Assembly: GCF_000400465.1 (NCBI RefSeq)
Contig: NW_008806282.1
Coordinates: 210,001-242,000, forward strand
Origin: Wallemia ichthyophaga EXF-994
Lineage: Eukaryota; Fungi; Basidiomycota
Length of the DNA stretch: 32,000 bases
Reading direction: 5' to 3'
The notes beneath the pieces are model-generated. The model was not told where the DNA came from. It made no database searches and was given only the letters and a program-made list of their open reading frames with translations. Shown piece after piece: positions 22,250 to 32,000 of this stretch. The first letter of the stretch is position 1, and each line of letters begins with the position of its first letter. A program made the position numbers and the translations under genes.

Positions 22250-23998
22250 ATGCAACTCGAATACGGATGTGAGTTGAATATTGACAGGTTTACCAATTAA
22301 ATAACAATCTCAAGTAAGAAGCCTAAAGGACTTGAAATTAATAAAGAATTTCACAAATTTATTTGATTTGTGAGTGTTACGAGGTGTAGCTGGCATCTGG
22401 CATCTCAAGTAACACTCAATAGACCTGCAGAAGTGAAGATATTCAAATACTCAAATTGCGGTCAATACTTAGCATATGCTCTATCTGATAGTGTTATAAT
22501 CGCAAACTCTGCCGGTAGCACTCTATCACAGTTGAATATCAAGCAATGTCAAGATTTACAATTCAGCTGTAAATCAACTTACTTACAGACTTGGACTAGA
22601 TCCGTTAGACTCGATAATCAAGATTTCAGTGAAAATGTTGAAATTTGGTCGTTGGACGGCACAAAACAATTCTCAACAACAGTAAAGCAAATAGAGAACT
22701 GGACGTTGAATTTCACTTCAGATGATAAATACGCTGTGAAGCAACAATCCAATGAAATCCTAGTTTACGATACTGCAAACTGGTCGAAAGGATTCACCAA
22801 CAAATTAAAGGTCGATGGTATGATCACTTATTCTCTCTCACCTGGTCAGAATCCACACTTGGCTACTTTCATAGCAGAGAAGAAAGGTGCTCCTGCTTCA
22901 CTGAGATTATACTCCTTGGTTGGTCTATCAAACAGCTCAAAGCCAGTATCACAAAAGACCTTCTTCAAAGCAGACAGAGTCATGATGAAGTGGAATGACA
23001 TTGGTACAACCCTTTTATTCCAAACTCAAACAGATTTTGACAAAACCAACAAAAATTACTACGGTGAATCCAACTTATACTTATTATCAACGATCGGTGG
23101 GGGTTACGACGCGAGGATTACTCTCGACAAACCAGGTCCTATCCATGACTTCAACTGGTCACCAAACAGCAAAGAATTCATCGTCATCTACGGTTATATG
23201 CCTGCAAAGGCAACTCTTTTTGACCAAAGAGGTAATCCAACCTTTGATTTCGGTACAAATCCTAGAAACTTCACCTTGTTCAACCCACAAGCTAGATTTA
23301 TCCTCATTGCAGGTTTCGGTAACTTGGCTGGTCAAGTTGATATTTGGGATAGAAAATCACTTAAGAAAGTTTGTCAAATCGATTGCTCAAACACGTCACA
23401 CTGTGAATGGTCACCTGATGGAAGATTCATCCTCACAGCAACCTGTTCACCTAGATTAAGAGTCGACAATGGTGTAAAGGTCTGGCACTTGACTGGTAAA
23501 CTGATTGACATAAAACCAATTGAAGAATTATATCAAGTGCATTGGAGACCTCAAGATGTAAGCAACTTCCCAGACTTTAAATCAGAGATTGAACCACCAC
23601 CAACACCAAACCAATCCGTTATCCAATATCAAAACCCATCTGACAGCAAACCAAAAGTCACTGGCGCATACAAACCTCCTCACGCTAGAGGAACACCATC
23701 ATCATCTGGAACTTCTACGCCTAAAAGTAAACAGATTCCAGGCGCGCCTTCACCAAAACCTCCACCTCAACGCAAGCAAAAAGATAATGCATCACAAGCA
23801 TCACAAGCATCAGCATCAGCACAAAATGATCAACTCACTCCAGTGGATAAAAAGGTTCGCAATCTCACAAAGAAACTTAAAGCTATTGAAGAACTCAAAG
23901 ATAAGCAAAACAAGGGTGAAAAATTAGAAAAAACTCAATTGGCTAAATTAGACAGTGAAGAGGAGATCACTAAGGAAATTGCACAACTCAAAATGTGA
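22250..23998 (+). CDS. eIF2A: Translation initiation factor eIF2A (beta-propeller), 3 exons. Introns 22269-22314, 22370-22422
   Basis: KTFFKADRVMMKWN, DKTNKNYYGE, GPIHDFNWSP, AGFGNLAG, PRLRVDNG, and C-terminal KKVRNLTKKLKAIEELK. Start reconstructed as MQLEYGLRSLKDL. Confidence 0.93.
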
Positions 23999-24070
23999 AA
24001 AACCTTGTTTAGCGTGAAGTTTGAAACAAAATTATATTCATTTTTATTACTTCAGATAAAGCTAACGATA

Positions 24071-26449
<2,379 letters not shown>

Positions 26450-26507
26450 GTTGGCTGTTGGCTGTTCGATGTCACGTTGAAAGAGGTTATTTACTGTATT
26501 CTTTAAT

Positions 26508-28114
26508 TTATAATACAAAGCACGATGGTTTCCAGTCTGATCCTCTCACTGGCGTTGGCTTGAAGCTATAGCTTGGTTTATTAGCCAGTCCATTACCCAG
26601 TGCATCCCTTGAAATTGAAGAAGGTACACCGCCAATATCTTGTGCTTCTTTGACCATATCTAAGCAGTATTGGTCTATTGGTAGGTTGTTCAGATGTCTT
26701 CCAAACGGCTCGCTCACTGTCATGTTTCATCTTTAGCTTGTCTTCTCCACCGAATAATAACACCCACGCTGTGATGATATTGCATCTATCCCACAAAAGA
26801 AAAACGCCACTATTCCTGTAATCGGTATTGCCATCCATCCCAAACTACTAACCAGCTGCGGTGGTATTGCCAGTAAATACAGCCCAAGCACTTGATTGAG
26901 GTGAATGCTTAGGATTAATGGAATTGGGGCTGTTTCTGTCATCAGATTATAATAAAATTGTTTTCAAAACCTACTATCTCTGATCTTCTCCGCCTCAGTT
27001 AGCCAACTAGTCATTTCTTTGACATATCCTGTTAAATTGACGTATAGCGCTGTGTCAATATGTGTCTTTGTTTGATCTTTGGCCTTCTCAGGTCTGTTAT
27101 TGTAAAATCCGTTGAGGTAAACTTGAAGCAAGCGTAAAACTGATAGGGGAATGTTACGAGGTCTTGAATTGCTCAATACGGATTGAGGTACACTAAGCAA
27201 CTCATCATTTTCCTTGTCATTGAGCTGTTGATGCTGCTTTTCGACTTCATTAGTTGCATTGCTTGCTGGTTGCTGCCTGTTGATCGATGAGTCAGGCACA
27301 TCTGAGTCGACATTCTTAACGGTAGTTGATGGCTTTTCTTCATTCAATTCCTTATTCTTGTCATTCTCTTGTGAACTTTGCAAAGAGGATGTTCGCGACG
27401 GTGGTTGTGATGGATCTGGTGATGTTGATTCAAACCTCACCCTGCTGGGAAACGTCTTTTTCAAACTGGCCAGATAGCCTTTAGGGAGTAACACCTGTAG
27501 ATCAAGTTCATCTAAGCCTTTGTTTTGGTTCTCTCGAAGATGATACCTGGCTGCGTGTGAGAAATATGTCTCGGCATGGATAAACCCACTTTAAAGCGAC
27601 AGGGAAGGCTAGAATTAATCCAACAAACTCCTCTATAGCCTTTTCATTCTCAAAATGGCTATTTACCTCCAAAACGGAGGAAGACAATCTCATAAATGAT
27701 CTAACAGTTGACTGTATGTTTGACCAGAGATTTCTGCCTTCTTGCCACCTATAAATGGCTTGAGCTTTTCGGAATATTGTGCACATTCGACCCACCGCTG
27801 TATAGAAGATGACGCCCGCATTGATACTAGCAAGCCTATCACTGGGGTGATTGAGTGACGGCGGATGCAGAAACGACAGCAACTAACCAATCGATACCAT
27901 CATGGTTAGGCTTCTCGATGCCTTGCATATCCCTTTCATCACCTCTTTATCGCCCCACGTTTGGATAATTGCCGCCCACACAGCGAAGAAGACTACTCGA
28001 CGGAGTGTGCTCGGCCTTATGAAACTACAAATCAGAATACACCGACAACACATTCGAATCGACTGACCATACTGATTTACCGAATTCGAGAGATATGGGC
28101 AGGAAGCTCGTCAT
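26508..28114 (-). CDS. Bestrophin-like (UPF0187/YneE family) anion channel, 7 exons. Introns 28025-28067, 27842-27887, 27749-27795, 27547-27589, 26930-26974, 26717-26767
   Basis: Spliced motifs VIGLLVSMRASSSIQRWQEGRNLWSNI, FPVALKYHLRE, EKIRDTPIPL and ISSQLSEPFGRHLNNLPID match the family pattern. Confidence 0.82.
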
Positions 28115-28167
28115 ATCGTGGTTGATTACGAGCAAGATGATAAATTAAATTACAATACGTGAGATAT

Positions 28168-29192
28168 TCATGACATTTCAGTATCCTGTGTATTAACGTT
28201 ATTGCTGCCTGGCTTCTTCATAAAATCATCCAATTCCTGTTTTCTCTATGAGCCTGTCTTCTCTACGCCAATGCCGATTGGTTACTCACTTTATCGAGGG
28301 AGTCGCTATCTTTTGGAGCTGGCTTTGATTTAATGTTTGCAGGTTTTGTTTGCTTACGCGGGCGAGAAGATTGCTTTGATCTGGTTTAGATAAGTCAGTG
28401 GTTCTTTACACGACTATGACTAGCCCAACCAACCTTGGACCAGATGGCGGCGGGTCTGAGTGCACCTTTGCGCCTAGTCTGCTTAACAATGAGCTACCAG
28501 TAGCACCAGAGCGTGAAGGTGGGTCTACTGTGAAATATCCATATGGTTCAACTCTAATCTCTTGATCTGATCATTTGTCAGCTTCAGTAGCAAGCTAAAG
28601 TACGCGTGAGCTAACCCTTTGCTGTCTTTCCATCAAACATGTCGATCGCCCTGTCGGCATCAATTGATTTCTCAAACGCTACAACTGCTTCACCAGTACT
28701 TCTGCCGCTCTTATCATACTTGACTACCAACTTAGTCAATTGGAATCCATTGAATATATTCTGATTGTGTTACTGTAAGCTTCCTTTGGTCGATTAGGCA
28801 GCTAAGGTACTAACAGCCAGCATTTCCTCGTTTATTTCATAATGAAGATTGCTCAGCTTGACCTGATTCTCTTTCTCACCATCCGGTGGCTGACGCGGTT
28901 CTCTTGGTCGATTCGACGTTGGCCTCCTAGTGAACGAGCTTGTCGATGAGCGCTAATTTGATGTTAGATGAGCACCTTTAATTCTATCATACTCTTTACA
29001 TATTCAATTGGCTTCGATTCCCCGCGCTGCTTCCGGAATCCACCTCGACGTCTACCAGAACTGCCACGCTTATTATCAACTTTTGAGCTCTTTTTTTGCT
29101 TGACGATATCATCCAAGCTCATGTCAATATCCCTTTACACTTTTATCAGTTCTTGTTCGCGCTTCCATCGGCCTATCTCACATAGTCGCCAT
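28168..29192 (-). CDS. ALYREF/Yra1-like mRNA export adaptor (RRM with N- and C-terminal UAP56-binding motifs), 7 exons. Introns 29133-29181, 28953-28999, 28761-28814, 28567-28615, 28381-28433, 28237-28289
   Basis: Not in the ORF track. Splicing gives MATMDIDMSLDDIVK (N-UBM), an RG-rich segment, the RRM VKLSNLHYEINEEML...VKYDKSGRSTGEAVVAF...AIDMFDGKTAK and SLDKELDDFMKK (C-UBM), stop at 28168-28170. Confidence 0.88.
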
Positions 29193-29266
29193 CCCGTGAT
29201 GAAGGTATTTAACAGGTCTGAGAACATAAAGTGTTTTATTATATATTGTTTTATATTTTCGCTCAT

Positions 29267-31571
29267 CTAATCAGGAATGATTGCAAGAATGCCTGCTTGC
29301 ACTTAGTAATCTATAATTATCGAAACGTTTACTCACAACTACAGCCATCCCGCTTACCAGCCAGAATGTAAACTTATATCCACCAATGTCAGTTGCTAGA
29401 AATGTCTTCCATAGATATCCTCCAAATATTGGTCCCAAGAATCTAGATAAACTGACCGCTGACTGACCGTAACTATTCGTTAGTCCAGATATTTCCGGGG
29501 GTGACATGACGTTAATTAGGATAGTAATGCTAGTATACGCTGCCGTCGTCGCTGCGTATCTTATTGCATTAAGTATCGCCAATCCTGTCATCACTAACAC
29601 ATCAGACGATGATTCAGGTCGAACTAACTTTCTTGCAAACGGCACTAATCCATAAGTGAGAATGTAAATCACTGATGAAATCCTGAACATCTGCAAATGA
29701 CTCAAATTGCCATTTGGTGGTCCTATTTTACCATATAGATAGAACTGGTAAAACATACTGAACCCTGCCATCATGGCGATGAGCGACGAAAAGTGAGATG
29801 GTGTCAATGACAACCCGCCGCTGGTATACTCTGTTAATAGGAATGTTGTAAAGAGTTGGTCGAATGTGGTATTATGCAATGCAAGGAAGGCGTACTGACT
29901 CAGTACAATTTTTATCATGACAGACATTTCCACTGGCTTCCTTTCAGTGATAAGAGGTTGATTTTGTTCAGGTATAGCTCTTAATCTCCTATTAGCGCCT
30001 TCTAGATCATCAAATTGATCATCCAACCCAACCCAACTCTTCTGGGAGGTAAGTCCGACATTATCCAGAATCGATTTCGGTCTGGCAGCTTTATTATCAA
30101 CCAGGTGATTACGCGGAACTGAGCCCAACAAAGCGAGGTTTTCTTCACCTAGTCTGTCACCTCTATCTGCAATTGAACTTGGTCTGCTAAACCCAAGTCC
30201 TGCGCTGTCTCTGAAGCTGTTCCTGAAACCGATAGATGGTGAAGGTCGGATTGAAGCACTGCTAGATAGCTCTTCAATATCTCTTTCAGAGTGGTTATTA
30301 AAATCCGTCGTTTCATTGTCAAAATCACGATTCTCATCATGGTTTTCTTCACGGTTTTCATCTTCGTTGTCTTCGTAATGCGATGCAAATCCACTGTGTT
30401 CTTCTTCAATAGCCACATTATCACCTTCCTCCTCTTGATTCAAACGCTCAACCTCCCTAGTTAAGGCTGTCTGAACCCACAAGTCAGTGATAGATACGAC
30501 ATTCTCCTCCTGAGCCCTGAGCAGTCTTTGCGCAAATGACATTCTTTGATTGGGTTGTGATTGTGATAAAGCTTCATCATTATTATCATTGCCAAAAACA
30601 GTGGATGTACGTCTAGAATGTGAACGGATGTCATGAAGTGGCGAAGTTGGCCTTTCATAGCGTACTTGACCGCTAAAAGCCCTTTTGATAAAGTCTATAG
30701 CGCATTTTTTAAATGAATTAGCGTCCTCAGGTAATCTTATCGACGTGAAAAGCGGTCCGGCGTCTCTGCTGACGAACGCTGTGAGTGTGCTACCAAAGAC
30801 CAAGATACTAGCGGCTACAAAGCAAGGCAAAGCGTAAGGGTATTTTGCAAAAAACTTATGTTTCTCCTCGGGGAATAGAAAGGGATATCTGACGGTGGGA
30901 CTTTCAAAGAGCCCTCCGATTATCGGACCGAAGATCGAACCAGCACCCCAGCTGAATGATAAAATAGCATATGCTCTGGCTTCATTGGTACTGTCTGTTA
31001 TGTCTTTGACGGCGGATCTAGACACACCAATGGCACCACTGAAGAGTCCTTGTAGTAGCCTAACGCAGATAGCTTCACCAAGAGAGCGGCAAGTGCCAAA
31101 CAGACTGGTGGCTATGGCATTACCAAATAAGCTAATAAAGAGGGTGATTCTGCGTCCATAACGATCTGCGATGTTTGACCACATCAGTGCCGTTATAAAT
31201 TGAGACAAGAAGAAAGCTGCACCAAGTATACCCGTATAATATCCTACCAAGCTTTCATCGTTATGAGTAATAGCAAACTTGGATACCATTATGAATATGA
31301 AAGGTGCTGCCACGGATGCAGATAAGAATTCACTAAGCATGGAGAAGGATAAAAGAGATATCGGGAGCTTTGGAAGAGGATTACTTGGTTCTACTTTTGT
31401 CTTGATGGGCACTCCCTGGCTAAATATCGTAGACTCTCCCAGTCTGCGTCCAAGTGGCATACTAGTCGGACGCGTAGAGCTCGTACCAAGCAATGCCGAT
31501 TGGGTTCCTGATCTACTTCTAAATAGCCTTCTCCTCCTCACTGTAGGTGTCGTCGTGTCATGGTGCTCCAT
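29267..31571 (-). CDS. Major facilitator superfamily transporter (DHA1/ZIFL-like) with a long acidic central loop; intron 29293-29336 (AAG/CAG tandem acceptor)
   Basis: Two six-helix bundles, motif A WSNIADRYGRR, RLLQGLFSG, GPIIGG, SRFLGPIFGG. The spliced end is VVAFLQIIPD*. Confidence 0.9.
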
Positions 31572-31866
31572 CTCGTAAATGAGCGTCAGAGAGAAAGCAA
31601 CGGCGAAATTGGACAAGACGTCATAACAGGAATTATAATTTTTTAACTCGCTAGCAGAACTAAAAGTGGCGTGTTTCGTGTTCGTTGTTTTAATTGTGGG
31701 TCTTCACGCCCGGGATTAGTCAACCCACTCGGGAGCTGTTACAGTGGATATATCCTGTGGAGTGGATGGGCAGCCTATCCAGTAAATAGCCTCCAGCCAA
31801 ACCATCAAACCAAATTATTATGATTTCTCATTTCTTCGCGGTTCGCCGTCTTATGGACCATCGAGG

Positions 31867-32000
31867 TTATCGCTGTAAATGATCTGCGGCAATTCTAGTA
31901 AGCTTTATATTCATTCCAGCACCTCTCTGGTCTTCGAATAATATCTGGTACTCGACTTTCAAGTCTTCTTTAAGCGATACTCCGCGTAAGGCTGCAGTGT
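31867..32000 (-). CDS. Possible 3' end of a gene entering from beyond the right edge
   Basis: Open frame ...LRGVSLKEDLKVEYQILFEDQRG... to TAA at 31867-31869; only 44 codons are visible. Confidence 0.25.
   Translation of the reverse strand, partial: TAALRGVSLKEDLKVEYQILFEDQRGAGMNIKLTRIAADHLQR

Noticed and set aside
31741-31781. GGATATATCC palindrome and a TGGATGGG-CAG-CCTATCCA hairpin upstream of the MFS gene
   Set aside because: Short, with no other support; expected occasionally by chance.

Overview
Eukaryotic DNA from an extremely gene-dense, intron-rich fungal genome. Gene content and 43-58 nt introns suggest a compact basidiomycete; Wallemia-like is my inference only. Manual splicing gives 17 well-supported genes: ODC-type mitochondrial carrier (partial), two tandem aldo-keto reductases, SKI2, PurU-type formyl-THF deformylase, asparagine synthetase, a DUF4536/DMAC1-like protein, GatA/HER2, FIS1, CUE3/ASCC2-like, HEI10, LEU1, eIF2A, SEC23, a bestrophin/UPF0187-like channel, an ALYREF/YRA1-like export adaptor (absent from the ORF track because it has 7 exons) and an MFS transporter. 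Two gaps (8.25-9.0 kb and 15.5-16.6 kb) hold unresolved spliced-gene candidates. I found no tRNA, rRNA, CRISPR array or mobile element. Best leads: (1) the AKR pair, where one paralog naturally carries the Lys->Arg and Arg->His cofactor-loop changes used to engineer NADH-preferring xylose reductases; (2) meiotic HEI10 with 30 bp to its divergent neighbour and 46 bp to its convergent one; (3) a four-gene same-strand cascade with 53-74 bp gaps; (4) a skewed splice-signal dialect; (5) a sharp GC mosaic that also affects introns; (6) an uORF/leader-intron module upstream of asparagine synthetase. All exon calls and counts are by hand.
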